From: Syntrophales bacterium | GTDB taxonomy: Bacteria; Desulfobacterota; Syntrophia; Syntrophales; PHBD01 | Assembly (NCBI GenBank): GCA_963668175.1 | Contig: OY764159.1 | Location: 2,528,001-2,592,000 of the forward strand | Direction of reading: 5' to 3' | DNA: 64,000 nucleotides | Shown here: piece by piece, positions 39,281 through 49,461 of the stretch | Position numbering within the stretch: position 1 is the first letter of the stretch | How the letters are laid out: every line of letters begins with the position of its first letter | The notes under the pieces: model-generated | Databases searched by the model: none | What the model saw: the letters and a program-made list of their open reading frames with translations, nothing else | Told to the model about the DNA's origin: nothing | Translations under genes and position numbers: made by a program

Positions 39281-39573
39281 AGTCTCCCTTCTTTCATACG
39301 GTTCCAATGAAATCGTTATTAGGCGTGTTCTCAACATGATCGAAGGCTTTTGATCAAGTGAACCCTGCAGCCGTTATAATGCGGCGCGGCACAAGGTAAA
39401 TTCAGGCCCAAGGTACAGTCGGATGCGGGAATATGAAATAAAATGGTGATTTTGTCAAGACGATATATCAGTATAATATATATAATGACAACCGCTGAAA
39501 GGCAATTGGTATCTATGGGTTGCAGATAGAGAAAAGCGGAACTCCGGGCAAGATAGTTATGCAGACGCGTGAG

Positions 39574-40281
39574 TCATTCCCTCGACCGCTCCGTGAATAT
39601 CCGATACTGCCGGGCCAGGAGATCGCGGCTGCGCTCGAAGCCGTGGCCGGGGAGGAAGGTCTTGCAGCCGGTGTCGGCGAGGATGCGCCAGCTTTCGACC
39701 ATCCGGGGGATGTCCTGCCCGAAGGGGGGGAAGACGGAGCCCGGCACGACGCCGAAAATGGCATCGCCCGCGAGCGCAATGCCGCCCGCGACGACGCTCA
39801 CGGAGCCTTCCGTGTGGCCGGGTGTGGGGAGGATGGTCGCATCGATACCGAAGGGGGCGAGGTGCAAGATCCCGTCTACGAGAAAGTCGGGCTTCGCGGC
39901 CGGGTAGGCCAGTAATTGCTGCATCCGGCTCCTGACGAGAGCGATCAGGAGCCGCGTCGGTGCGACGGTGCCGGCGATCGCGGAATTCCCGCCCATCTCA
40001 AGGAACGGCGCCTCGCTCCGGTGAATGAATATCTTCAGCCCGAAATGTTTTTTCAGGTAGGCCGCGTTTTCGGCGTGGTCGTAATGGGCATGGGTAAGGA
40101 CGAGGTAATCGACGGTGCCGACGCCGACTTTACGAAGCCGCGCCAGGAGCGTATTCAGGCTCGATGCCCTGCCCGTATCGACCATGCACGTGCGGTCTCC
40201 CGAGACGATAAGGTAGGCGTTGGCCCGACCTCCCAGCAATCGACGGACGACTGCGCCGTTTCCTGCCTGCCAGGTTTTCAT
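39574..40281 (-). CDS. MBL-fold metallo-hydrolase
   Basis: THAHYDH, TPGHTEGS, AGD, PGHG. Confidence 0.93.
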   Translation of the reverse strand: MKTWQAGNGAVVRRLLGGRANAYLIVSGDRTCMVDTGRASSLNTLLARLRKVGVGTVDYLVLTHAHYDHAENAAYLKKHFGLKIFIHRSEAPFLEMGGNSAIAGTVAPTRLLIALVRSRMQQLLAYPAAKPDFLVDGILHLAPFGIDATILPTPGHTEGSVSVVAGGIALAGDAIFGVVPGSVFPPFGQDIPRMVESWRILADTGCKTFLPGHGFERSRDLLARQYRIFTERSRE

Positions 40282-40313
40282 AGGGGCTGACTCGCGACCG
40301 TTTCAGTTGTGAA

Positions 40314-40541
40314 TCACAGTTTGTATCCGGGTTTTATGTACAGCGTTTCCGCCTTGCTCACGATGTCCGGCCCGTAGACCTTCTCTTTCCAGTCGCGCGG
40401 GTTGTATTCCTCGATGGCGACCGAAACCGCCTTTTCTTCGTTTCCCGTGCAGGCGACGACGTCCCTCACGATGGCGTCCGCCAGGTCTTTCTTCTGCTGT
40501 TCCGTTTTTCCGGCCAGGAGTTTCACGATAACATGAGGCAT
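40314..40541 (-). CDS. 4-oxalocrotonate tautomerase family protein (PptA/YdcE-like)
   Basis: N-terminal PHVIVKL, VSVAIEE, LYIKPGY. Confidence 0.92.
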   Translation of the reverse strand: MPHVIVKLLAGKTEQQKKDLADAIVRDVVACTGNEEKAVSVAIEEYNPRDWKEKVYGPDIVSKAETLYIKPGYKL

Positions 40542-40836
40542 TGTTTTCTCCTTCGTTTATCCGACACGGCAGGAGACGCCCAATCTGTATGCGGTTGAGG
40601 CTTCCCGCGCTGCGCGTCTTTTTTTACCGTCGACAAGCGGCTGCGTCCGGGCATCGGCCGCCGGTACGCCCACGCCCCGCCGGGCCTGTCTGCGGGCTTT
40701 GCCCGTATCCTTGCCCGGGCTCGAGGCGGTGCGATCGACCCGCATTATACGTTCCGGCGCGGAAAAATGCGCGCAAAAAAAGCGGGAACGTGGAAAGGGC
40801 AGGACGCAGGGCGCCCCCTATTCGAAGTCGTTCATT

Positions 40837-41841
40837 CTAACGCCGCCCTTTGCCGGACAGCCGGTCGACCATGGCCTTCACCGCCTTCATCTGCAGGCCG
40901 GATTTCTGCGCAAAGTCGTAACGAAAAGTGTAGCCCCACCAGTCCCAGCATCCATTGACGGCCATGCTGCCCGTTTGCGGATACAGGACGACGATGTTGT
41001 TGGTATCCGCCCAACGGTTATAGCCGGTCTTTTCCGCAAACTCCTTGCCGACCGCGATCGCGTTCTGAAAACAGCCGTGGAGGGCGACGTGCAGCCTGCA
41101 GCGCGCCCGTGCCGTGCACGATTTCGGGATATAAAGCCATCCCGTTGCCGCCATGTCGAACCAGGAGACAAAGGGCGTCTGGTCGAATTCCATCAGCTTT
41201 CCGGCCGGCGTGCCGTCGTTGCGCCCGGCCAGATTGCCATACAGGTGCTTGAGTATGGCCCCGGCGAGGTCAAAGCCGCAATTGTTTATGTAAGGCGAGG
41301 CGGTGACGGCGCATTCCCCGCCGAAATCGTCGGTGATCATGGCGTGTCCGGCGGGTATATCGTTCTTGTAGACGATGTTCCCGGCCGGGACGAAGTTCCT
41401 GTAATAATCAAACAGGGCGTTCACGACGTAGGGCATGACGGTTGTGTCTTCCGTGCCGGAGAACAGGTAGACTTTCGACGATCTGAGATTGCCTACGGCG
41501 TCGATGGATTTGCGGGCAGCCCATTGTCTGGTTACATCCACGAGTGACTGCACCGGTATGACGTTGCTGCCGTCTTTCATGCAGCGTGTGACATTCAGAG
41601 GGTTGCCGTCGATGCAATAATACGGCCCGCCGGCGACGATCCCGGCGCCGCGCTTGAACGTGGACGAGTAGGCCACGTGAAGCTGCACGGCCATGAAGCC
41701 GCCGGAGGACAGGCCGGAGACGGTGACCCCGGAAGGATCGATGGCAAGCCTCGGCAACGGATCGGCCGACTGCGCCGTTGCACTCGCGGCGATAAACAGA
41801 AACGTAACGAACACACCGATCTTTTTAAAAGTGTTACGCAT
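40837..41841 (-). CDS. Extracellular PHB depolymerase family esterase
   Basis: Signal peptide, VSGLSSGGFMAVQ, AGGPYYC, CRLHVALHGC, YNRWADTN, GCWDWWGY. Confidence 0.9.
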   Translation of the reverse strand: MRNTFKKIGVFVTFLFIAASATAQSADPLPRLAIDPSGVTVSGLSSGGFMAVQLHVAYSSTFKRGAGIVAGGPYYCIDGNPLNVTRCMKDGSNVIPVQSLVDVTRQWAARKSIDAVGNLRSSKVYLFSGTEDTTVMPYVVNALFDYYRNFVPAGNIVYKNDIPAGHAMITDDFGGECAVTASPYINNCGFDLAGAILKHLYGNLAGRNDGTPAGKLMEFDQTPFVSWFDMAATGWLYIPKSCTARARCRLHVALHGCFQNAIAVGKEFAEKTGYNRWADTNNIVVLYPQTGSMAVNGCWDWWGYTFRYDFAQKSGLQMKAVKAMVDRLSGKGRR

Positions 41842-42223
41842 CTTGGCCTCCTCACCTGTTCTGTAGCGGAGGAAGTTCGGACTAAAAACGACGGCGACCG
41901 CCTTTAAAACCTCGGTTCGGTACAGGTCGATTTTCGCGGCGATGCAAGCGGATTTACGGGCGGATGAGCTGGAGGAGGAGATTGTGAATTCTGACTTTAA
42001 ATAGGATCTTTGTCAAGACGAAATATGAGCAAAATAAGTCGAAAAATACATGATTGTTCGCTAAAGGTTTGCGAAGGTGTGACGGGGTCGGGTCCGGGCT
42101 CGAATTTACGGATGAGGCCGGCAGAGCGCCGCCGCGGGGGCAGTGTGCCCGCCGGACGTTCGCAAGGCGGGAAAAAGGGACGGCCCTTACTGCGTCGCCG
42201 CGCGGAGAACCGTCCCGCCGGTG

Positions 42224-42700
42224 TTACAGGACGCAGTGCCTCAGGTTCGTGAGCTGGACATAGTGTCTTCGCTCCTCGGCGATGAGGTCGTCGATGGCCT
42301 TGTGGCGCGATTCGGGCACGAGGCGCTTGATGCTTTCGTAGTACTGGATCGAATCGAGCTCCCGCCGGGCGGCGAAGTCGATGGCCGAGCAGGCGTCCCT
42401 GACGGCCGCGAGGTCGGAGTCGATGGCGTTCTTGGTGAAGACGACGTTGTTGTCGATGTAGTTGCGCAGATACTGGGCGTACTCGCCCTGGTAGGACTCC
42501 TGCGGGATGTACTGCTCCATGCCGGCAAAGATCTTGTCGAGCTTTTCCTTATGCTTCATCTCTTCGTCGGCCAGTTCGAAGAAGAGGTCTTTCGCCTCGC
42601 TGTTCTGAACAAGCTGGATGGCGTATTTGTAGAAATGGGCGCCGTTTTCATGGATTCTCGCCGCAAAGGCGACGATTTCGCTCGCAGTAAAGGCGTTCAT
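42224..42700 (-). CDS. Ferritin-like/rubrerythrin family protein
   Basis: E.NG..FY, LADEEMKH, E.DSI.YY, EERRH. Confidence 0.88.
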   Translation of the reverse strand: MNAFTASEIVAFAARIHENGAHFYKYAIQLVQNSEAKDLFFELADEEMKHKEKLDKIFAGMEQYIPQESYQGEYAQYLRNYIDNNVVFTKNAIDSDLAAVRDACSAIDFAARRELDSIQYYESIKRLVPESRHKAIDDLIAEERRHYVQLTNLRHCVL

Positions 42701-42806
42701 GGCGTGCCTCCTTTGTACCGTCGATCGGTCGGGCCATGTCCGGTTACATGTTCCCTGAACCGTTATTTCCGTTTATCTGTTCCGCCCGGGTTTATCCGGG
42801 GGCTTC

Positions 42807-43010
42807 CTATTTTTTCCTGTCCTTCTTTTTCCAGGCCTGGACGGCGAAATAGACGATCAGGCAGACGACGATGAGGATGACGGTCCCCATGTACGGCGGG
42901 CCGGAACCGGCCGCGTCTGTTTTCCCGGACCAAAGGCTGCCGGGGCCGCAGCCCATGGCCGAAAGAGAAAGAACGGAAACGGTCAGTGCGCGCGCAAAGA
43001 GTCTCTTCAT
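42807..43010 (-). CDS. Small hypothetical lipoprotein/membrane protein
   Basis: MKRLFARALTVSVLSLSAMGC lipobox, C-terminal TM helix with basic tail, GAGGTG SD. Confidence 0.7.
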   Translation of the reverse strand: MKRLFARALTVSVLSLSAMGCGPGSLWSGKTDAAGSGPPYMGTVILIVVCLIVYFAVQAWKKKDRKK

Positions 43011-43054
43011 AGCTTTCACCTCGCCGAATGAGATATCAGTAACGTATGATTCTA

Positions 43055-43603
43055 TCATCTTTTCGGGTAATTCGTGAAGATGAAATCTCTGGCCTTCACG
43101 ATGGTGTGGCATTGGTGGCACTGCTGCGCAAAGTCCGGATTGTCGGCCGCCCATGGCGAAAAGGCGGATACTTTGGGGTCGTAGACGAAGCGCGCGTATC
43201 CCCAGCCGTTTGTGGCGGGAAAGCGCTTCGCATCCTTGATGATGTACTCGACCCGCCTCAACTCCCCCGGCTCCCACGCGGCGGGGAAGACGGGGCTCTG
43301 TATTTCGGCCCAGGCGATCTTCACGATCTTGACGCCGTCGGGGAAGGGCCGGCCGTTGCCTGGTATCCCGGATTTGTAGGCCGCGATCATCTCCGGGTTG
43401 CCGAGGATGGTCCGAAGCTCGCCGACATCCGTCCGGCGGCTGACGGCGATCACCTGCCAGGTCTCGTAACCCCGGATTTCGGAGAAGGCGAGCCCGTTCG
43501 GTTCCTTCAGTTCGTAACGGTCCTGCGCCGGGATGGCATTCCTGATCCACATGGCAAGAATGGCGACAAACACGACCGCGGCAAAGAATCCTGCTTTTCT
43601 CAT
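43055..43603 (-). CDS. Cytochrome P460/c'-beta family protein
   Basis: Signal peptide, PFPDG.KIVK, KDAKRF..TNGWGYA.F, C-terminal CHQCH, DFIFT. Confidence 0.9.
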   Translation of the reverse strand: MRKAGFFAAVVFVAILAMWIRNAIPAQDRYELKEPNGLAFSEIRGYETWQVIAVSRRTDVGELRTILGNPEMIAAYKSGIPGNGRPFPDGVKIVKIAWAEIQSPVFPAAWEPGELRRVEYIIKDAKRFPATNGWGYARFVYDPKVSAFSPWAADNPDFAQQCHQCHTIVKARDFIFTNYPKR

Positions 43604-43652
43604 GGTCCCGAGTTCCTTTCGTTGTCGATAAGGGTTGATGACCGTCCATCTC

Positions 43653-45821
43653 TCAATCCCGCAGGGCCTTGCCGATCCTTGCCAGGACCGTCTTCTGACG
43701 CTGCGACAGGGGCGCTTCCGCGGAAACGATGCGCCTGGCGACCGCCAGGGCGGTCCTGCGCTCTTCCGGCGTCGTAATCAGGCTCCCGAGCGACCGGAAG
43801 GCCGTGTCCGCATCCGCCTGTAATAAGCGCGACTGATCCCTGGCCATGTCGATAAAGGTCTGCTTGTCCAGTTTGCCGAAGCCCGCCCCCGCTTCCAGAA
43901 GCCTCTCGTCGCGCCAGAGGGCGTCGCGGTCGATGACATGGTCCGAATCCTCCAGGGCCATAACGATGCGCACGAGTCCTTCTTCAAACCCTCCCCGGGT
44001 CATGGCCTGGAGCCGGTAACGCTTGTCGAACGGGGTATCGATGCGTGCCTCCTCCCCTTTCGTTTTCTTTTGCGCCAGAGCCGGCCGCTCGATCCCGGGC
44101 GACAGGCCGGCGAGGGCCCGCTTCGTCCAGGGATTTTCGTAGAGGGCGAAGAAAAGGGCCTCCTCGGCGTGATCCCGGACGTCCTGATAGACGCCGCAGA
44201 GGGCGGCGATATTGTCCGAAGCGAATTTCTCCAGGGCGGAAAAGTAGTTATCCGCCGAAGCGGGGCGTCGGTTATGCTTCACCGCCGGAGCCAGGGCGGC
44301 GAAGACCGTCATGAAGGGATTGACGGTATCCGCAAAGACGTACTTGCTCACCCGGAGGGGATGGATCTGTTTCAGGAATGCCGCCGACGACTCGGTGGCA
44401 AACGTCCGGACCCAGGGGCCGACGAACGTGTTGTAGAGCCTGTCGTTGATCTCGGAGACGGCCGCAACCCGGGCGAAGTCCGCGTCCTCCTCCGCCATCT
44501 CCGTCTTGTCCTCGTTCAGGGCCATGAGATCGCTGATATCGCGTTCGACGAAGCGGACGTCGTAATCGCTCAATCCTTCCTTCTTCCCCTTGTCGACGAT
44601 CTCCATCTCAAAAAGGCCGGGCGGCAGGGCCTCGACCATGTCGATGCTCCTGATGATCTCCATGTGCTCCTTCTGCGCCGTCTTGGCCCCGACGAAGATG
44701 CCCAGGTGGCCGACGGTGGGATGCAGCATGTAGACGATTACCCTGCCTGCACGCCTGATCTCGTCGGTCGTGCGGTAGGCCTTGATGATCCAGTCCAGGG
44801 CCTGCTGGGGCGGTGTGATGTTGTCGCCCTCGGAGGCGAAGAGGATCATGGGCCGCTCGATATTCCTGAGGTCTAGGATCTTCTTCCTGTCGAGCGAAAG
44901 CTTCCCTCTCTCCAGCTTGTTGCCGATAAAGAGATTCTCCACGATGGCGTGCATCTCTTCCCGTGTCATTTCGGAATAGCCGTCCCACCATTTCTCGAAA
45001 GTGAGGTAGCGTTCCTCCTCGGTGTCCACGTGTGCATAGAGATCGTACTGCTTCGTCCAGAACGTGTTGCCGGGGTTGAGGCTTTCGAAGTTCTCCTCCA
45101 GCCAGGCGCCGTCGAAGCGGCCGTGGCCGAGGTCCGACAGAAACGAGACGAGCCAGGCGCCGCCGAGGAGCCCTCCGGCGTAACGCATGGGGTTCCTGCC
45201 CTGGACGCCGGCCCAGTAGGAGAGGGGCGAACCGTTCAGGACGAGCGGACCGGTCAGGTCGGGACGGTCGGCGCCGAGGAGTGCCACGGCCCAGCCGGCC
45301 TGGCAGTTGCCGATCACCGCCGGCTTTTCCGCATGGGGATGGCGCCTGGCGACCTCCTCGACGAAGCGGACCTCTGCCTGCTCGACATCCGCCACCGTCT
45401 GCCCCGGCACCGGCTCAGGATGGAAAAGGACGAAGTAAACCGGGTGGCCCTGCGCCAGGGCGTCGCCGATCTCAGAATCGCGCTTGGAGCCGCCGATGCC
45501 CGGTCCGTTTCCCGCCCGGGGGTCGATGACGACGATGGGCCGCCGGTTGGGATCGAGAGCGTCCGTGTTCCTCGGCAGGATGCGGGCCAGGTCGTGGTTC
45601 ACGGGACGCGGGAGGGTCCGGCCGTCCATGACGACTTCGTAGTCGAAGACAAGGACCGGCGGTTCTCCCTTCCTTATCGTGTCGAAATAGTTGTTCCCTC
45701 GCCTGCGTAGGATGTCGAGGAAAAGTATCCAGCGTTGCGAGGCATCGAACAGATAGGCGCACCCATCGGCCAGCGGATTTGCGGCGGCAGGCGTCTCCTG
45801 CGATTTCTCTTTTACGTTCAC
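43653..45821 (-). CDS. DUF3141 family PHA synthase-like alpha/beta hydrolase
   Basis: DPRAGNGPGIGG.K, GNCQAGW, GSPLSYWAG, NFE.LNP, FEKWW, GDNITPPQQAL.WI, GHLGIFV. Confidence 0.9.
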   Translation of the reverse strand: MNVKEKSQETPAAANPLADGCAYLFDASQRWILFLDILRRRGNNYFDTIRKGEPPVLVFDYEVVMDGRTLPRPVNHDLARILPRNTDALDPNRRPIVVIDPRAGNGPGIGGSKRDSEIGDALAQGHPVYFVLFHPEPVPGQTVADVEQAEVRFVEEVARRHPHAEKPAVIGNCQAGWAVALLGADRPDLTGPLVLNGSPLSYWAGVQGRNPMRYAGGLLGGAWLVSFLSDLGHGRFDGAWLEENFESLNPGNTFWTKQYDLYAHVDTEEERYLTFEKWWDGYSEMTREEMHAIVENLFIGNKLERGKLSLDRKKILDLRNIERPMILFASEGDNITPPQQALDWIIKAYRTTDEIRRAGRVIVYMLHPTVGHLGIFVGAKTAQKEHMEIIRSIDMVEALPPGLFEMEIVDKGKKEGLSDYDVRFVERDISDLMALNEDKTEMAEEDADFARVAAVSEINDRLYNTFVGPWVRTFATESSAAFLKQIHPLRVSKYVFADTVNPFMTVFAALAPAVKHNRRPASADNYFSALEKFASDNIAALCGVYQDVRDHAEEALFFALYENPWTKRALAGLSPGIERPALAQKKTKGEEARIDTPFDKRYRLQAMTRGGFEEGLVRIVMALEDSDHVIDRDALWRDERLLEAGAGFGKLDKQTFIDMARDQSRLLQADADTAFRSLGSLITTPEERRTALAVARRIVSAEAPLSQRQKTVLARIGKALRD

Positions 45822-45870
45822 GGTATCCTCCCGCTACAGCGTCATGCCGTCAGGCGCGCCTTCCGCGCGT

Positions 45871-46206
45871 CTACCCTTCCAGGTCTTTCTTCATACGCTC
45901 GAATTCTTCCCGGGTGATTTCCCCCTTGGCGTAACGGCGCTTCAGGATGTCCATGGGACGTTCCTGCTGCGTCGACAGCGGGCTCTTTCCCGTCCGGGAC
46001 TGCACGATGAAGTAGATCAGAAGTCCAAGGACAACCAGGAATACGATCCACATGAACATTCCTCCATATCCGTAACCGAACCCGTAATGCATCATCGGCC
46101 CCCAGCCGCCGGGACCGCCCGGGCCCGGCGGACCGTAAGCGCCCGGGCCGCAGGACGCAATCAGTCCGCTCATCGGCAGGAACGACAGCGCAATCGATTT
46201 CTTCAT
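45871..46206 (-). CDS. SHOCT domain lipoprotein/membrane protein
   Basis: GPMM..G.GYGG, TM helix, ILKRRYAKGEITREEFE.MKKDL. Confidence 0.9.
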   Translation of the reverse strand: MKKSIALSFLPMSGLIASCGPGAYGPPGPGGPGGWGPMMHYGFGYGYGGMFMWIVFLVVLGLLIYFIVQSRTGKSPLSTQQERPMDILKRRYAKGEITREEFERMKKDLEG

Positions 46207-46219
46207 TTGTCTCATGTCC

Positions 46220-46369
46220 TTATCCGCGGCCGCCGCCGCCCGTCATACCGGGCCCCATGCCGCAGCCGCAGTCGTAATCTCCCCCGGCGGATTGATCTTG
46301 CGCCGCCGCGGGCAGGAAGAAGAACGCCGAGGCCATCGCCACGGAAACGACGATAACGAGCTTTTTCAT
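46220..46369 (-). CDS. 49-aa exported peptide, possibly a truncated gene
   Basis: MKKLVIVVSVAMASAFFFLPAAAQDQSAGGDYDCGCGMGPGMTGGGGRG*; AAGGAAG SD; below the ORF-track cutoff. Confidence 0.55.
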   Translation of the reverse strand: MKKLVIVVSVAMASAFFFLPAAAQDQSAGGDYDCGCGMGPGMTGGGGRG

Positions 46370-46510
46370 GTGCACTTCCTTGTCTGCGGGCCTCCGCGTG
46401 CATCCTTTCTCCGTCCGTGCCCTGCGGGCCGCGGCCGCCGTCTCCGCATCAGACGACGACCGCAGCGGACAGGGTGAGGAAGAAAGAATTCCTGCAACGG
46501 CCGGCTCCTC

Positions 46511-46900
46511 TCACCATACGGCTTCGAATACGTGCTTCAGTTTGCGTTCGACCTCTGTCGCGACCCGCCTTAGTTCCATATTGTCTATCGCCCCCATGGT
46601 TCTGGTAGGCCTGATGATGGACAGAATCGTTTTTCCGCCGTTTTCATAGAGGATGACATTGCATGGAAACAGGAGGCCTGCGTTCTCGTCCGCCTGGAGC
46701 GCCCGGTAGGCGAAGGGCGGGTTGCACGTACCGAGGATGAGGTATTTCCTGAAGCCGATCTCCAGCTTTTCCCTGAAAATCTCCCTGACGTCGAGCTTTG
46801 ACAGTATCTCAAACCCTTCCTTATGAAGGGCTTCCCGTACCATGGTTCCCGCCTTCTCATACGGGAGATTCAATTCCTTGGTATATCCGTAGTCGCTCAC
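46511..46900 (-). CDS. DUF302 domain protein
   Basis: EGFEIL, YLILGTCNP.FA, GLLFPCNV. Confidence 0.92.
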   Translation of the reverse strand: MSDYGYTKELNLPYEKAGTMVREALHKEGFEILSKLDVREIFREKLEIGFRKYLILGTCNPPFAYRALQADENAGLLFPCNVILYENGGKTILSIIRPTRTMGAIDNMELRRVATEVERKLKHVFEAVW

Positions 46901-47244
46901 CGTTCCCCCTTAGCGACCGTTTTCGCTCCGCCCAAAGCTGGGCATGGCTTCGATCATACTTCATAAATATGATGCCTGGTGCCAGCGATGGCAATGAGGG
47001 TTTATTGGCTGAATAGCAGTAGCGAGAAACAACCACTGCCGCCGGACGAAAAACAGGGAGATACAGTACAAGTTGCCGGACTTCCCGCCGAATAAACCGC
47101 CGATCTGGTCCTCTGTTGATTTCCGGGACATTTGGGCGTATGGATAAATGGCTGCTTCCCGGGCGATGAGCCGCCCCGGGAAAGGACTTCATGCTAAGAA
47201 CACCCCGGGTGTTCCTCCGGGAAGGATCGACAGACGAGGTTGAG

Positions 47245-47958
47245 ATGAAAACGGAAAAAAAGAAGATGATGTCGACAAAGGATGTGCCGCCCCAATGCGC
47301 TTTTTGCGGCATCGATGTGAAGCTTTGCCGGTCTGAAGAGGGGACGGGACCCGGGTTCTGCCCGACGAGAAACAAGGGGGAGATCGTCGAGGCGTCCCTG
47401 GCCAAGTACAGGAAGCGAGGCACCATGCGCTTCGCCAGATCCGCCTCCCTCCAGGAGGCCGAGTGCTACGACCGCCGGGACGAAAAGCCCTTCGTGATGC
47501 GCCCGGTCAGGACCCGCGTGGAAGAGATCGTCGAGTTCGCCGGGAGGATGGAATACAAGAAGCTGGGAGTGGCGTTCTGCATCGGACTCATGCAGGAGGC
47601 CAACACCTTTGTCCGAATACTCAGAAAGAACGGCTTCGAGACCGTCTCCGTCTGCTGCAAGGCGGGCGGCGTGCCCAAAGAATTCCTGGGCCTTGGCGAG
47701 GACGAGAAGGTGAGGATAGGCGCTTACGAGACGATGTGCAACCCCATCGCCCAGGCGGATATCCTGAACGACGCCGGGACCGATTTCAACATCCTGATCG
47801 GGCTCTGCGTAGGGCACGACTCCCTTTTCTTCAGGCACGCCAAGGCCATGACGACCGTCCTTATCGCCAAGGACCGGGTGCTGGGCCATAATCCCGCCGC
47901 GGCGCTCTACGGGGCAACGGGGTACTTCCAGCGACTGATGCATCCGGACAAGGACTAG
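47245..47958 (+). CDS. DUF1847 domain metal-binding protein
   Basis: TRVEEI, GVAFCIGL, SVCCK, MCNPIAQA, GLCVGHDSLF, KDRVLGHNP. Confidence 0.92.
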   Translation: MKTEKKKMMSTKDVPPQCAFCGIDVKLCRSEEGTGPGFCPTRNKGEIVEASLAKYRKRGTMRFARSASLQEAECYDRRDEKPFVMRPVRTRVEEIVEFAGRMEYKKLGVAFCIGLMQEANTFVRILRKNGFETVSVCCKAGGVPKEFLGLGEDEKVRIGAYETMCNPIAQADILNDAGTDFNILIGLCVGHDSLFFRHAKAMTTVLIAKDRVLGHNPAAALYGATGYFQRLMHPDKD

Positions 47959-48085
47959 CAGTCTGTTGAAAAACGCCCATCTGTCGCTTGCCCCCTTCAG
48001 GGGGCATGGCCTGTGCGCCCCCTGCATAGGGGGCCGCGCCCCCCGAATGGGGGGTTCAAAATCGAGTTTTTCAACAAGTCGTTAG
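47955..48085 (+). repeat. MITE-like dispersed repeat, copy 3
   Basis: CTAGCAGTCTGTTGAAAAACGCCCATCTGTCGC...GTTCAAAATCGAGTTTTTCAACAAGTCGTTAG with three C-run/G-run hairpins. Confidence 0.8.
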
Positions 48086-48137
48086 AAGGTATAGGGGTGT
48101 CTCCGGATATCCGGGCGGTTATAGATAGGGACGGATG

Positions 48138-48986
48138 TCAGGAACGGCGGGCGACGGCGGCGAATTCGCTTGCCCGCGGGTCGTAAGGGGCCCCGGCGAC
48201 GTCGGCGTACCGCTCCGCTACGGTCAGGCCGCAGGCCGCGAATTCCCTTTCCATGTCCTCCGGGGCGAAATACTGAAGCCAGTTGTACACGGTGCGCGTG
48301 CGTTCCCGTTCGAAAATGGTATATCGATCGAGCACGACCCTGACGTCGTCGTACTTGAAAGTGTGAAGGAAGCCGTAATACGGCTCGGGCGACCAGAAAC
48401 CGTCCAGGAGGTTCGGCTCGAAACCGGTTGCCTCTTTGCGCTCGCCGAAGGCCGCCAGGGAATAGGCGTCGAGAAGGACGGCCCCCGACGGCTTGAGAAG
48501 TTTTCGGAACTTGGCGAGCATCGTTCGTCTCCGGTCCGGACCGAGGGCGCAGAAGTCGCACATGATCATGACGATCAGGTCGAAGCGGCTTTCCGTGTCG
48601 AATTCGAGATAGTCTTCGTTTATGTAGCGGATGTCCAGGCCTTCCTTCGCGGCGGTCTCCCGGGCGTAGGCGATGGAACGGGGCGAGAAGTCGATGCCTG
48701 TCACGCGCGCCCCTTTCCGGGCCAGCCTCGTCGTGTAAAGCCCCGGCCCGCAGCCGAAGTCGGCGATGTCCGTCCCCGGGCCGATGCGGAAACGGGAGGC
48801 GATCCAGGCGGCCGATGCGTCGATGAATGCGCCGTTTCGAGACGACATGTCGCACGTTTCGTCCAGGTGGAAGGCGAGCATCTTCTGCGACGTGTATTCG
48901 TCCGTCCAGAGGTCCTTCGTCGTATAAAATTCAAACGGCTTCGGCCGCCGGTTCATTTCGTCAAGTGCCTCAAAAATATCGGTCAT
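48138..48986 (-). CDS. Class I SAM-dependent methyltransferase
   Basis: LWTDEY.S..ML.FHL, DFGCGPGLY, GIDFS, DFCAL. Confidence 0.92.
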   Translation of the reverse strand: MTDIFEALDEMNRRPKPFEFYTTKDLWTDEYTSQKMLAFHLDETCDMSSRNGAFIDASAAWIASRFRIGPGTDIADFGCGPGLYTTRLARKGARVTGIDFSPRSIAYARETAAKEGLDIRYINEDYLEFDTESRFDLIVMIMCDFCALGPDRRRTMLAKFRKLLKPSGAVLLDAYSLAAFGERKEATGFEPNLLDGFWSPEPYYGFLHTFKYDDVRVVLDRYTIFERERTRTVYNWLQYFAPEDMEREFAACGLTVAERYADVAGAPYDPRASEFAAVARRS

Positions 48987-49461
48987 CGTTTTTTCATCCT
49001 GTCGTGTCGTTGCGGTGTGTCTGATGCCCCCAATACCGGGGTTTGCCCGCCTTTTGCGTTCCGTTTTTCCATCTGCAATCCGTATCAGAAAAAGGCGGTT
49101 CCCGCCACCGATATCCGTTCACGATATCCGTTCACGACACATGGCCGCGCCTGCGTTCCGCCGGACTATTTAGGGATTTTCCCTGCGTTGCGGGTTCGCC
49201 GCATCGACCGAACATCCCGCAGGCGCGGGGTTGATCTTACGGCCGGAATGGTGTATCGGAAGGCCCGTGCCGTGCCGCCGCTGCCGGACAGGATTTCACA
49301 GTGACATAACGGGCGATTTATGTTAAATAAGACATAGCGATTGTCCTGCGGCGGTGGGAGGACTTGATACAATGATTTCTTGCCGGGTGCGCTGCGGCCT
49401 GAACGGGCCGTTGCTGCATCGGGTATTCATAGAAGAAACAAGGATATCAAGGAGGTTCATC

